Positions 16,471 to 26,707 of a stretch of 64,000 nucleotides of DNA are shown here, one piece after another; the first letter of the stretch is position 1; each line of letters starts with the position of its first letter. The notes below the pieces were generated by a model that saw only the letters and a list, made by a program, of their open reading frames with translations, was not told where the DNA came from and searched no databases. Both the position numbers and the translations under genes were made by a program. The stretch comes from Oscillospiraceae bacterium (GTDB lineage Bacteria; Bacillota; Clostridia; Oscillospirales; Oscillospiraceae). The stretch is taken from NCBI GenBank assembly GCA_020025575.1, contig JAHHRW010000010.1, forward strand, positions 250 to 64,249, written 5' to 3'.

Positions 16471-18999
16471 TTACTCGGGCAGCTGCCGGGATTCTCCCAC
16501 CATGGTATAGCCAAGGAAATATGCCATTGTTTTGACAAGTTCTTTGGCCATTTCCATATTGCTGGGATTGTCAATTCCAATAAAACCAACGGTTCTATTA
16601 TTCCGGACAATGGGATGTATGATTCTTGGAATTTCCTTTTCCTCATAAACCTGCTCCAGACTGCCTGAGAAATTATTGGGGGATGACTCATGCCCTTCGG
16701 CGCACCATTCCCACGTCAGATTCCACCGGTTGCTGTCACCTTCGGGCTTAAAGATATATGCCCTGTCGCCTTTACATAACGCTATCATAATCTTCAGCAC
16801 CTGATACACCGCCTTCTCCGGGTCCGATGCACTGACCAGAATTTTACAGGAGTCCAGAATGGCCCGTTCAAAACTCAGCCTGTTTTGAATTTCCTGACTC
16901 AAAATCTCTTTTTCCGTAATATCCACAGCGATTTCAACACGTGCCATTTTTCCCTTCCACGGGATCAGCTTGTCTTTCAGCATAAAATGTTTGTTTAGGA
17001 ATTTGTTTTCCTGTTCCCAAATCAGGAACTTGTCTTTGCACAGCCGTGAATTCGTACAGAATTCGCACGGCTCATCTCTGCCTTGCAGAACTTGATAACA
17101 TTTTCTGCCTTTATAGTCATATATGCCTGTCACCCGGCGGCCCGTCCCATTTAGATAGTACAGCTGGTAGGTATCGGTATCACTGACGTAGACAATTTCA
17201 TCCACGCTCTCTGTTATATTACCAACTTCTTCGTTACAGAGCTCCTTCAGCTGTTCCTTACGCTCACTGGACCCCATCGACCGAATATGCGTTTCTTTTT
17301 TGATCCGGTCCCGATAAGCCTCGGAGTTTTTCTGAATATAAGTCTCCTCAAAAGCCTGAACCGTGCATGGCTTGGAAAAGAAAAATCCCTGAAGAATATC
17401 TGTGCGCAGCTCCTGCAGCGCCATGAGCTCTTCGAGAGTCTCCACCCCCTCACAGCAAACATCAATCTTTGCGCTGTGCGCAAGCTCAATCATATTGCTC
17501 AGCAAGCGTAAATTGTAGGCATTGTACTGAATATGCTCGACAAAGCATCTGTCGATTTTCACTTCATCGATTTCAATGCTTTTCAGATAGCGAAGGCTCG
17601 AATATCCCGTGCCAAAATCATCGATGGAAATTCGAATGCCATGCTGTTTCCAAATATAGAAAATCTTGTTGAAATGGGGATAATTCTGGAGTTGGATGGA
17701 CTCTGTCAATTCCAAGGTCAGCGCATCTCCCGGCAAGCCCTCCTTTTTCAGCGTATCAAGCACCATGTCCGTCACACAGTTCTTCTTCAGCTGAACATAG
17801 GACATATTGACGCTCATATGCAAATTCGGGATGTATGCTCTCCACTTCCTGCACTGAGAAATTGCTGTCTCCAAGACCCATTTCCCCACCGCACAAATCA
17901 GGCCTGTCTGCTCCAGAAGGGGAATAAATTCCTCCGGACTGATCCGTCCTCTCGATGGAGATTCATACCGAAGCAGGGCCTCCACCCCATAGAGGCTGAA
18001 GTTCTGTCCATTGACCTGCGGCTGATATTTCAGGCCGAACCCTCTGAAGTGATCCATAATCGACGCTTTCATTTCCGCCACAAGTTCTACCTGTTTCAGA
18101 TTTCTCTGGTAATCGTCTTCAGAGAAGAAAATCATACGATTCCTGCCTTCTCTTTTGGCCTGATCCAAAGCATTTTCTGCATATAGGTACAGCTTGCCGC
18201 TGTCTGTGGCATCCGTATGACGATAGTTCACTACACCAGCGGAAACCGTGCATATCTGCTCCAGCGATTTTTTGATTGTGCTGTAAAATGCAACAACTTC
18301 CTCCCGCTGTTTTTGGATGAGGTTTACGGCAAAGCAATCGCCCTCCAGCCGATACAGTTCCATGGGATATCTTGTATTTTCATCCAAGATATCCGCAACC
18401 CGTTTCAGGATATCATCGCAAAATGGTCTTCCCTGACTGAGATTGAGATTCTTAAAATTATCCAGGTCAAGGATCATCAGGTATCCATCGGATGTCTTAA
18501 GATGCTGGTTCATATCCTCGATCAGTTTCTCCGCACCGCAAAGACCGGTCAGGCCATCGATCATGCCGCCTGTTGCCATTTCCGAAATGCGTCCCACCAG
18601 AAGCAGGGACTGGGTATCCTCTTTTTCCCGAAGTGCACCTTTGACACGGATCCATACCTTGTTCCCAGCACGGTCCAGAATCCGATAAGCAATATTGAAG
18701 GACTTAATTTTCCCCTCAAAAATCAGTTGACGGTAATGATTCATCAAATCCCGATCCTTCGGATAGACAATCCGATCCCAGTCATCAAAGTCGTTGCCGT
18801 CATTTCCTGCCGGTGGAATTGGATACTTTTCGCGAATTTTATCCGTTACAAATACGCGCGATGAAGTCAAATCATAAATGTAGATATATTCTTCCAGACT
18901 ATCATCAAAAAACTGAATCGCCTTGATGTACTGCTGAAGTCTTTCGTGTATGGTTTGATTGCTTTCATTTGCCATACAGTTATTATCTGTGCCTTCCAT
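16471..18999 (-). CDS. c-di-GMP phosphodiesterase: PAS, degenerate GGDEF and EAL domains, plus C-terminal PAS/GAF-like sensor region
   Basis: RLEGDCFAV replaces GGDEF. The EAL set is intact (GVEALLRY, DDFGTGYSSL, EGVET, QGFFFSKP). A Cys-rich CYQVLQGRDEPCEFCTN is present. The ATG at 18999 follows GGAGGGGA; the longer track ORF overlaps the upstream gene. Confidence 0.85.
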   Translation of the reverse strand: MEGTDNNCMANESNQTIHERLQQYIKAIQFFDDSLEEYIYIYDLTSSRVFVTDKIREKYPIPPAGNDGNDFDDWDRIVYPKDRDLMNHYRQLIFEGKIKSFNIAYRILDRAGNKVWIRVKGALREKEDTQSLLLVGRISEMATGGMIDGLTGLCGAEKLIEDMNQHLKTSDGYLMILDLDNFKNLNLSQGRPFCDDILKRVADILDENTRYPMELYRLEGDCFAVNLIQKQREEVVAFYSTIKKSLEQICTVSAGVVNYRHTDATDSGKLYLYAENALDQAKREGRNRMIFFSEDDYQRNLKQVELVAEMKASIMDHFRGFGLKYQPQVNGQNFSLYGVEALLRYESPSRGRISPEEFIPLLEQTGLICAVGKWVLETAISQCRKWRAYIPNLHMSVNMSYVQLKKNCVTDMVLDTLKKEGLPGDALTLELTESIQLQNYPHFNKIFYIWKQHGIRISIDDFGTGYSSLRYLKSIEIDEVKIDRCFVEHIQYNAYNLRLLSNMIELAHSAKIDVCCEGVETLEELMALQELRTDILQGFFFSKPCTVQAFEETYIQKNSEAYRDRIKKETHIRSMGSSERKEQLKELCNEEVGNITESVDEIVYVSDTDTYQLYYLNGTGRRVTGIYDYKGRKCYQVLQGRDEPCEFCTNSRLCKDKFLIWEQENKFLNKHFMLKDKLIPWKGKMARVEIAVDITEKEILSQEIQNRLSFERAILDSCKILVSASDPEKAVYQVLKIMIALCKGDRAYIFKPEGDSNRWNLTWEWCAEGHESSPNNFSGSLEQVYEEKEIPRIIHPIVRNNRTVGFIGIDNPSNMEMAKELVKTMAYFLGYTMVGESRQLPE

Positions 19000-19051
19000 T
19001 CGCTTCCCCTCCGATAACAATTTGCAGGTATGTGCATGTTTCCAGAAATTG

Positions 19052-21313
19052 TTACGACTGCCACATTTCTTCTGAGTGACGATCTTCCTGGTAGTGCTGA
19101 TATCCGTTTTTGGTTTTCTTTTTGACCTGATACAGTGCAATGTCGGCTTTTTGATACAGTTCCACAAAGGAGTGTCCGTCAACCGGTGCCCAAGTAACGC
19201 CGACAGACGCGGACAGGGTAACTTCCTTTCCATCTTGGCCATATGTTTTGTGGATCATCTGGCAAAGTTCCTGAATCAAAGACTCCGCATACTGATAAGA
19301 TCTGATATTGCGCAGAAGAATTACAAACTCATCTCCGCCCATTCTTCCGATGATATCACTGGAGCGGAACCGTTTCTGAAGCATATGCGCCACATCTATC
19401 AGCACCTGATCTCCGCAGGTATGCCCAAACGTATCATTGATCTGCTTATAATTGTCAAGGTCAAACAGAATAAACACCTGTTTTTCATCCGTCAGATATC
19501 CATAAGCCAGCGCCCCTTCTATCTTCTTGCGGGTCGTTGCCGCATTGTACAGCCCCGTCAGGCCGTCTCGCTCTGCCTGCTGCTGCAATGCGATTTCTTT
19601 TCGTTTCTGTCGGTCAACATCCTGAAAAATCAAAATGATTTTTGAATGCTTTGTCGGATGAGCGTATCCGATACAGGTCACCCACTTGCGTTTTCCATCC
19701 AACTCCATCATAAAATAAAATTGTACGGAATCCATGCCTTTACGGAACTTGCTCCTCAGGTTTTCAAGCCCAAGCTTTTTGGAAACAGATTTTCTGTCGC
19801 TCCCACGAACCCGACTGATGATTTTTTCATCCAGAAATTCTGTATATGGACCTTGGCACTCTTTTCCATTCATCTCCAGCAAGCACCCGGTGTCGAGATC
19901 CACCTTTACAACCAACAGTGCCTTTGCTATCAGCGCATCCTGAAATTCGAGCTTTCGGCTCGACTGCTGTTCTATTCTTTTCAGCTCTGTAATATCTTCC
20001 AGAAATCCCACCGTACCGATGATCTTCTGGGATTCATAGACATTGTGCAGCGAGATCCGGCACCACGTGACATCCTGGCCATTGTTGATCTGTACATCGG
20101 CTTTTGCCGATTGCTGGGTTCTTATGGTGGTAAACAGATTCATAAAATCACCGATGCTTTGCGGTGCTATGATTCCCCGCTCTACAAAGCTTTCGGGGGG
20201 TATGCTTTCTGAAATTCCCTGAAACAGCGGATTGGGGAAATCTGTTTTCAATGTCAATTCTCCACATACCTGATCGTATTCAAAGATCGGCTGTTTGGAA
20301 TATTCCAGCGCAATATGGAGAATCTCTATGTTGTTGCTTACCTCAAGATGGGCCTGCTTGATTTCCCTGTTTGTTTTTCGAAAATACCTAACAACACAGG
20401 CCACCCAGACCAAGTAACATACACTTAAGAAAATCGTGTGTTTGGCATCCATGCGAAAAATACTGTTCAGAGTTTCCCCTAAAGAAGTATCTTCCATGGT
20501 GTAGACAACCTGCCAGTTTCGTGTGCCGATGGGCATGTAACAGCCGTAGCGGTTGTGCCCATTTTCGCTGAAAGAAAAATCGCCTTCTCTTCTCTGTGCA
20601 AAGTCCTCTTTGATTTTCGAAATATCCTTGTCGATATTTGTGAGCGTTTCCAGATCATCCCAGAAGTTCAGATACTCACTTTCACCTGTTTCAAGCTGAA
20701 AGATGCCAATATAATTGCCATTTGAATCTACAATATAGAGATTCCCATCTGTTTTCATATACTTTTTTCGGATGGCCTCATTGAGATGCTCCAGATCAAT
20801 CACCCCTAAGACGGCACCCTTAACCTGATGGTCCTCCCCCCAGATTGGACAGGCAAAAATCTGAACATACCGCCCCGGCATTACCTTAGACGGATAGACC
20901 TCTGAAAAAGCGACGGTTCCATCCATAACCGTTTGAAAATACTCTTGATCTGCTGTGTTGAGTAAGGTGCCGACATGGCTGTATCCCCTGCCATTCTGAT
21001 CGACCACCGAAGTAAATGTAAACGCATCCATACGATTTGCAATTTCAAGGACATCCTGAACTTCCGGGTCCCATATTGAGTCATACTCTGCAATCACTTC
21101 CGCCGTCCCCCGCAAATTATGGACAAGCGCACCGATATAAGATGACGTATTTTCCAGCCTTATCTTGGTATGCTCGCGAACTGATTCCTTAAAATTCTGC
21201 ATTTCTATTTGCTCAATGGCACTTCGATAGTAAAAAAACGACAGTACAATACCGGCCACGGATAACGCAAGCAAAGCACAAACCGCAATATTCTTCTTAA
21301 TTCTTGTTATCAT
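19052..21313 (-). CDS. Membrane sensor diguanylate cyclase: extracellular Cache-like domain, TM, PAS, GGDEF
   Basis: An N-terminal TM and a second TM near residue 300, GGDEFVILL, and I-site RSSD five residues upstream. AGGAAGGAG RBS. Confidence 0.85.
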   Translation of the reverse strand: MITRIKKNIAVCALLALSVAGIVLSFFYYRSAIEQIEMQNFKESVREHTKIRLENTSSYIGALVHNLRGTAEVIAEYDSIWDPEVQDVLEIANRMDAFTFTSVVDQNGRGYSHVGTLLNTADQEYFQTVMDGTVAFSEVYPSKVMPGRYVQIFACPIWGEDHQVKGAVLGVIDLEHLNEAIRKKYMKTDGNLYIVDSNGNYIGIFQLETGESEYLNFWDDLETLTNIDKDISKIKEDFAQRREGDFSFSENGHNRYGCYMPIGTRNWQVVYTMEDTSLGETLNSIFRMDAKHTIFLSVCYLVWVACVVRYFRKTNREIKQAHLEVSNNIEILHIALEYSKQPIFEYDQVCGELTLKTDFPNPLFQGISESIPPESFVERGIIAPQSIGDFMNLFTTIRTQQSAKADVQINNGQDVTWCRISLHNVYESQKIIGTVGFLEDITELKRIEQQSSRKLEFQDALIAKALLVVKVDLDTGCLLEMNGKECQGPYTEFLDEKIISRVRGSDRKSVSKKLGLENLRSKFRKGMDSVQFYFMMELDGKRKWVTCIGYAHPTKHSKIILIFQDVDRQKRKEIALQQQAERDGLTGLYNAATTRKKIEGALAYGYLTDEKQVFILFDLDNYKQINDTFGHTCGDQVLIDVAHMLQKRFRSSDIIGRMGGDEFVILLRNIRSYQYAESLIQELCQMIHKTYGQDGKEVTLSASVGVTWAPVDGHSFVELYQKADIALYQVKKKTKNGYQHYQEDRHSEEMWQS

Positions 21314-21481
21314 ATTTCTCCTTCCTGCCTAATTGTAAATACGTTTCATAAGTTTAATAAGTATAAGATGAATTGCAAAAGATGTCAATTCATAGAAAAT
21401 ACAATTGATGAACTCGACCAGCGCGATGTTCGTCTGGAAATGCTGGATGCTTTAGTGGATGATTGCAAGCATTCACCATAC

Positions 21482-21524
21482 AAAATAAAATCCACCAAGC
21501 AGTTTCAATCTGCTTGATGGATTT
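21482..21524 (-). terminator. Rho-independent terminator after the MFS gene
   Basis: Stem aaatccaccaagcag / ctgcttgatggattt, followed by TTTTATTTT on the minus strand. Confidence 0.7.
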
Positions 21525-21562
21525 CTTAGTTTCGCTGTTCTTTAAATTTACGCTGCAATCAC

Positions 21563-22858
21563 TCAGGATTGTGTCTCCTGTTTCTCTGTAATTTTCAGGA
21601 ATACATAACCCAGTCCAAAGAACACGGTAAGGCACGCAACGGCTGTATTAATGGTACCGTTATTCAACTTCACAACTGCAATGACTGCAGAACCTAAGAA
21701 AGACGCACCTTTTGAAAAAACATCATAAATTCCAAAATACTCTCCTGAATTTTCCGAAGGAATGATTTTAGAATAATAAGAACGGGACAGGGACTGTATC
21801 GAACCCTGAAAACATCCGACGCCAAAGGCCAATACCGCAAACTCTAACAGAGAATTTAGCACCAGCGCATATAGGCAGAGGAAAAAGTATCCAATAATAC
21901 ACACGCCGATCAAGGTAGTTGTCTTATACTTCTCAGACAATTTTGCAAACACAAGGGAACCACCAAAGGCCACCACCTGGGTCAGCAGCAAGAAAATTAC
22001 CTGTCCTACTGTATCCAGATTTAAGTCAGTTCCAATATTAACGCAGTTATCAATAATGGTTCCTACGCCATCAATGTACAGGAAATAACTGATTAAGAAA
22101 AAGAGCACCTTTTTATCTTTCAAAGCAATTTTTTTCAAGGTTCGAAAGATTTTTAGCAAGGAATTCTTAACTGTATGGGATGTATTCTCCGTCCAGTTGT
22201 TTTGCTTATAATTTTTGAGCAACGGCACCGTTACCATAAACCACCAGACCGCTGTTACGCCAAAACCCAATATTCTGCTTGCAGATCCCGAGATGATTCC
22301 CAACATATCCGGTCCCATCAGATATGCCAGCAAGGCAAACAAAAACGGTATACAGGAACCCAAATATCCCCATGCATAACCATAAGATGACACCTTATCC
22401 ATTCTGTCTTCTGTGGTCACATCATTCAGCATGGAATCATATATGGTGATCGATACGCTATAACAGATACGTGTCAGCACTGTGAATGCTAAAAACCATA
22501 CCCAGCTAACACTAAATCCATTTAACAAACAGACAATCACGCCAAGGGCTGTTGCTGTGGTGAATATGAATTTCTTTGTATTTTTACGATCTGCCAACGA
22601 CCCAAAAATAGGCCCGATAAATGCAATGATCAATGTCACTATGGAGATCGATGCAGAATAAAAGGCAGTTGCCTGACTTCCTGATATTTGTCCAGGTGCG
22701 GTGCCTACCGCCAATTCTTTGAACCAAATCGGAAGAAGTGAACATGCAAGCATGGTAAATGCAGAATTGCCCACATCGTATAATACCCATGCAAATTCTT
22801 GTTCAGTTAGATTTCTAAATACTTTCCGGTTATGCAAAAACTTGTAAACAGACCTCAT
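21563..22858 (-). CDS. MFS transporter (UMF1/Atg22-like)
   Basis: About 12 hydrophobic segments, with WVLYDVGNSAFT near the N-terminus. The ATG at 22858 overlaps the upstream TAA; the track's GTG start at 22867 is an alternative. Confidence 0.75.
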   Translation of the reverse strand: MRSVYKFLHNRKVFRNLTEQEFAWVLYDVGNSAFTMLACSLLPIWFKELAVGTAPGQISGSQATAFYSASISIVTLIIAFIGPIFGSLADRKNTKKFIFTTATALGVIVCLLNGFSVSWVWFLAFTVLTRICYSVSITIYDSMLNDVTTEDRMDKVSSYGYAWGYLGSCIPFLFALLAYLMGPDMLGIISGSASRILGFGVTAVWWFMVTVPLLKNYKQNNWTENTSHTVKNSLLKIFRTLKKIALKDKKVLFFLISYFLYIDGVGTIIDNCVNIGTDLNLDTVGQVIFLLLTQVVAFGGSLVFAKLSEKYKTTTLIGVCIIGYFFLCLYALVLNSLLEFAVLAFGVGCFQGSIQSLSRSYYSKIIPSENSGEYFGIYDVFSKGASFLGSAVIAVVKLNNGTINTAVACLTVFFGLGYVFLKITEKQETQS

Positions 22859-23676
22859 TACACACACGCTCCGCCCTTCATTCGTCCGCCAAAATCATAA
22901 TCAAAGATTACATCAAAAGGTTTTGTTCCTCTCAGATTTTCATCAAAATCATGTATAAATGCCACTGCTCTCATTTTGGCTTGTTCATACAATTCCATCA
23001 GTTTTTGATTGCTTTCCTCACATGCAGGATTACCCGCTGGGTTCACGATCAGACCATGCATCTCTTTATAATTTCCCGTCACTTTTAATAATGTGTAAAT
23101 TACATTTCTTTTGAAATTCGTATCTGCAAGGAGCATTTTATTATAAGAAATCATGGAGTTCAGCGTTTTTTTGATCTGTTTTGCTGTAATTCCGCTATAA
23201 AATTCTGAAATGATTTCTGCGTTGCTGGTTGTCGGATGAATATGGTTCGTCAGGACATGGCCCACTGGATCATGGCCATCTAAAATCATCAAACTGCGGT
23301 CAAATTCAACCTCAATTTCTGTATGCGTAACGCCACTGCGTTCAATCTGTTCATCCACATATTTATGACATGTGGTATCTAACGCAAAATGATTTAACAC
23401 GCCATACGCGTATGCCAAAGCTTGTTCCTTATGATTGCTCTTGGCGATTGCTTTGCAGGCATTTTCAAAGAAGCTACGGCCCGATTGGTCGTGAAGTCCA
23501 AACCCTACCGCATTGACGGGATTGCTCCAAAGTGCACCATAATAAAATAAAATATCTGGCCCATGAAGTCCGATCATATAAAGATCCGGATATTTTTCAA
23601 CAATGTTTCGTTCTTTCGAATTTAACTGGTTTATTACTTCTTTTCCCATGCGATAATGGGCGTATGTTGATGGCAT
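22858..23676 (-). CDS. Zinc-dependent phospholipase C-like family protein
   Basis: His-rich N-terminus (YAHYRMG, LHGPDILFYY, LNHFALDTTCHKY) and no signal peptide. AAAGGAG RBS. The family is assigned from memory only. Confidence 0.6.
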   Translation of the reverse strand: MPSTYAHYRMGKEVINQLNSKERNIVEKYPDLYMIGLHGPDILFYYGALWSNPVNAVGFGLHDQSGRSFFENACKAIAKSNHKEQALAYAYGVLNHFALDTTCHKYVDEQIERSGVTHTEIEVEFDRSLMILDGHDPVGHVLTNHIHPTTSNAEIISEFYSGITAKQIKKTLNSMISYNKMLLADTNFKRNVIYTLLKVTGNYKEMHGLIVNPAGNPACEESNQKLMELYEQAKMRAVAFIHDFDENLRGTKPFDVIFDYDFGGRMKGGACV

Positions 23677-23697
23677 AATCTATTTCTCCTTTATCTT

Positions 23698-24015
23698 TCA
23701 GTGCTTTAGATTCAAAATGACACACCCAGCTGTAATACACAATATTCCAATCACGATTTGGGCACTTAGTTTTTCCCCGAAAACAAAATAAGAAATTAAC
23801 GTGGTCGCAACAATTCCAACTCCACACCATGTTGCGTACGCGATTCCCAAATGAATTTTTGTGACAGCCTTTCCAAAAAAGAAATAACACAGTATATATG
23901 CCCCAATGCATCCAATCGAAGGCCATAATTTTGTTAGTCCCTCTGAATACTTCAACAATGTGGTGGCCACGATTTCACACATTATGGCAAATCCTAACAA
24001 AAAATAATGCAACAT
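23698..24015 (-). CDS. SMR-family small multidrug/quaternary-cation exporter
   Basis: 105 aa with 4 TM helices and a membrane-embedded Glu in MCEIVATTLLK. GAGGT RBS. Confidence 0.9.
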   Translation of the reverse strand: MLHYFLLGFAIMCEIVATTLLKYSEGLTKLWPSIGCIGAYILCYFFFGKAVTKIHLGIAYATWCGVGIVATTLISYFVFGEKLSAQIVIGILCITAGCVILNLKH

Positions 24016-24197
24016 TTCTACCTCTAAATAACTATTTTTTATTTACATCTCAACGAATCGCACAATCCGCTTTATTTTATATCATTTATGTAAAATCCGA
24101 TATCAGGATTATATAAAATATATGTAATTCTTGGTATCAGTTTATCATAGTACTGCCCAACTTTCTATTGCCGAAAAAGATAATTGTGCAATTGGGG

Positions 24198-24247
24198 ATA
24201 AAAGAATTCCGAGGTCGGTTCTTACCGAAACCTTCCTCGGAATTCTT
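24198..24247 (-). terminator. Terminator hairpin after the SLH gene
   Basis: A 13-bp stem (aagaattccgagg / cctcggaattctt) with only a short T-run (TTTTA). Confidence 0.55.
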
Positions 24248-24308
24248 GGCTTATGCGTTGCTATCCCCCGCAAAATCTAATCGCGCATCATCTTCTCAAA
24301 TAATACGT

Positions 24309-24938
24309 TCAATTGGAATTTTCAGATAACGTAATCTGGTCCGCTCTCCACAAGAATGTAACAACCTGTGCACGGGTACAGGTTTCATCAGCGCCGAAAC
24401 GGCGATCTCCCACACCAGCGGTTACCTTGTTTTCCAGTGCCCATGACACTGCATCTGCATAGTGGACGTGGCTTGTCACGTCTGTGAACTGGTTGGCGGT
24501 TCCGTTCGGCGCAGGAGAGCCGCCTACTTTCCACAGGAAGGTCATAACCTGTGCACGGGTACAGGGGGCGCTGGGACCAAATTTGTCACCGCCAATACCA
24601 GCAGTGACTCCATTTTCAACCGCCCACATCACTGCATCGTAAAAGTAATCCCCTTCGCTTACATCGGTAAAGGCACTTTCCGTCGCTTTGTGGGCAGGGC
24701 TGCCTGCCGCACGCCACAGCATGGTCATGATCTGACCACGGGTACATGGGTTGTTTGGGCCAAAGCGATTTTCGCCCAAGCCTTCGGTGATGCCTTGCTG
24801 CACCGCCCAAAGAACTGCCTCATGGTAGTAGGCATTGCTTGCCACATCCCGAAAGGACTCAGGCGTAGCGAATACGGATGTTACCATACAACTGCACACC
24901 ATCATCAGTGTTAGGATCAACGACATCATTCTTTTCAT
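24309..24938 (-). CDS. Secreted protein made of three S-layer-homology (SLH) domains
   Basis: Signal peptide plus three repeats of F(R/T)DV..YY..AV.WA...G(I/V)T.G..F.P...CTR.Q..T.LW. The ATG at 24938 follows AAAGGGGT. Confidence 0.85.
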   Translation of the reverse strand: MKRMMSLILTLMMVCSCMVTSVFATPESFRDVASNAYYHEAVLWAVQQGITEGLGENRFGPNNPCTRGQIMTMLWRAAGSPAHKATESAFTDVSEGDYFYDAVMWAVENGVTAGIGGDKFGPSAPCTRAQVMTFLWKVGGSPAPNGTANQFTDVTSHVHYADAVSWALENKVTAGVGDRRFGADETCTRAQVVTFLWRADQITLSENSN

Positions 24939-25272
24939 GCATATACCCCTTTTCATTTGTTTTCAATTGGATCATATCACACAAATATTGTAATTTCAAA
25001 TGTTTGGATATTAAGAATACTGAATTTATTGAGATGGCCATTAGGCTGTGATAGAATTAGAAAAATCATTTTCAGACTACACTCGAAAATATGCCAAGCA
25101 TAATGGAAAAACAGCTGCAATTTCCATTCCCCCGATACGATATTCCCGAGATTCCCAATGATGCTCAGACGCTGCAAGAAGAACCCCCCTGTCCGTTCAC
25201 GCAGATGCTTTTATCGGCATGGTCCTTATGATTCCCCCACTGATAATATGACTTAAAATCAATATGAATCGC

Positions 25273-25320
25273 AAAAAAGCCCTTACGTCTTTCGATTTCT
25301 CGAAGAACATAAGGGCTTTT
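25273..25320 (-). terminator. Rho-independent terminator after the SBP gene
   Basis: A long hairpin (aaaagcccttacgtctttcga / tcgaagaacataagggctttt) followed by TTTTTT on the minus strand. Confidence 0.75.
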
Positions 25321-25378
25321 GTTCTAAGCTTTTTATATTAGAAGCAAGATCGTTTGTTTAAGGCAATCATTTCAAAAA

Positions 25379-26692
25379 TTATCCCAGTAATTTTTTAGTC
25401 TGATCAGAAATAGCCTGAACAGCCTGCTCCGGGGTATAATTATCCTCTTCCATGCAGCGCTGGATCTCAGTCATCATGATTTCAGCGTGAATCTGGGGAT
25501 AGTTCTCGTTGACTGGACGAGGAATATCGGTAAACTCCATCTGTGCCAGAGCCGTACCAGCATTTGCATTGCTAGCAAGGAACTCCTTGTAGACCTGGCT
25601 TTCGGCAGCCGCAGCACTGCTGGGAACATAGCCAGTCTTGGATGACCATAAGCCAGCAACATCCGGGCTAGTAAGGTATTTGAGGAAGTCCATGGTTGCG
25701 GCGGTATCCTCTTCATGACCAGTCATCATAACCACATTTGCGCCTCCGGTGGGCACACCAAAGCGATCATTTTTGGGCAGGAATGCTGTTCCCAAATCAA
25801 AGTTGCAGGAACTGGTCAACGTACCCAAATCGCCGGAAGAACAAATAATCATGCCGGTAATACCTGCAGAGAAATCAGAACGGGCAGCTTCATAAGAGTT
25901 ATACTCTTTTCCCGGAGGTGTCTTCATCCAACCCTCGTGAACCATATCTTTCCACAGGTGCAAGGGATCCGTTCCTTTTTCGTTGTTAAAGGCAATGTCG
26001 GTTTCGTCTTCATTCAGAATATTGCCGCCGGACTGCATGATGAAAGCTTCATAGAACCAGGCATCAATGGGCATCTCAAAACCCCAGCGCTGATCGGCGA
26101 TAGAAAGCTTTTCTGCATAAGTCTTCAGGTCTTCCCAAGTCGCAGGAGGAGTTTCTGGATCCAGTCCTACTTCTCTAAACATATCCTTGTTATAGTAGAA
26201 CATTGGGGTGCTGCGGTTAAAGGGCAGGGCATACAAACCTTCGCCCCAGTCGCAGCTGGTCATCAGGCCATCATAGAACATGGTGGTATCCAGACCTGCT
26301 TCCTTAGCGGGTTCAGTCATATCTTGCAAAATGCCATAATCGGCGAACATCTTGGTTCGGCCCATCTCAAGCTGTGCAATGTGAGGAATTTCGCCAGAAG
26401 TAACTGCAGTCTGCAATTTGGCTGCCATATCATAGTAGTTGCCCTGGAACTCAACACTGACATGCACTTTATCCTGACTCTCATTGTAGGTTTTAACAAT
26501 CTCATCGACGGTCTCACCCATACCGCCACTCATGCTGGTCCAGAAAACGACCTCAGTCTTTTCCTGCGAAGCATTTCCTGCTGTGCTGCCGGTTCCTTGG
26601 CTGGACGTGTCTGTGGGCTTGGAACTGCTACAGCCCGCAAACATTCCTGCTGCCATGACAGCACATAATGCAAGTGCTAATGTTCTTTTCAT
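25379..26692 (-). CDS. ABC transporter substrate-binding lipoprotein (carbohydrate-type, family 1)
   Basis: Lipobox MFAGCSS and a typical SBP_bac_1-like length and composition. Confidence 0.9.
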   Translation of the reverse strand: MKRTLALALCAVMAAGMFAGCSSSKPTDTSSQGTGSTAGNASQEKTEVVFWTSMSGGMGETVDEIVKTYNESQDKVHVSVEFQGNYYDMAAKLQTAVTSGEIPHIAQLEMGRTKMFADYGILQDMTEPAKEAGLDTTMFYDGLMTSCDWGEGLYALPFNRSTPMFYYNKDMFREVGLDPETPPATWEDLKTYAEKLSIADQRWGFEMPIDAWFYEAFIMQSGGNILNEDETDIAFNNEKGTDPLHLWKDMVHEGWMKTPPGKEYNSYEAARSDFSAGITGMIICSSGDLGTLTSSCNFDLGTAFLPKNDRFGVPTGGANVVMMTGHEEDTAATMDFLKYLTSPDVAGLWSSKTGYVPSSAAAAESQVYKEFLASNANAGTALAQMEFTDIPRPVNENYPQIHAEIMMTEIQRCMEEDNYTPEQAVQAISDQTKKLLG

Positions 26693-26707
26693 GGTAATTC
26701 TCCTTTT

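Noticed and set aside
21390-21635. 81-aa minus-strand ORF between the MFS and cyclase genes
   Set aside because: It overlaps the MFS gene's 3' end and its terminator hairpin, and it has no RBS.
24016-24197. Possible guanidine (ykkC / mini-ykkC) riboswitch upstream of the SMR gene
   Set aside because: SMR genes are frequent guanidine-riboswitch targets. This upstream region has no paired ACGR-loop hairpins and no ykkC-like GC-rich core, only AT-rich sequence.
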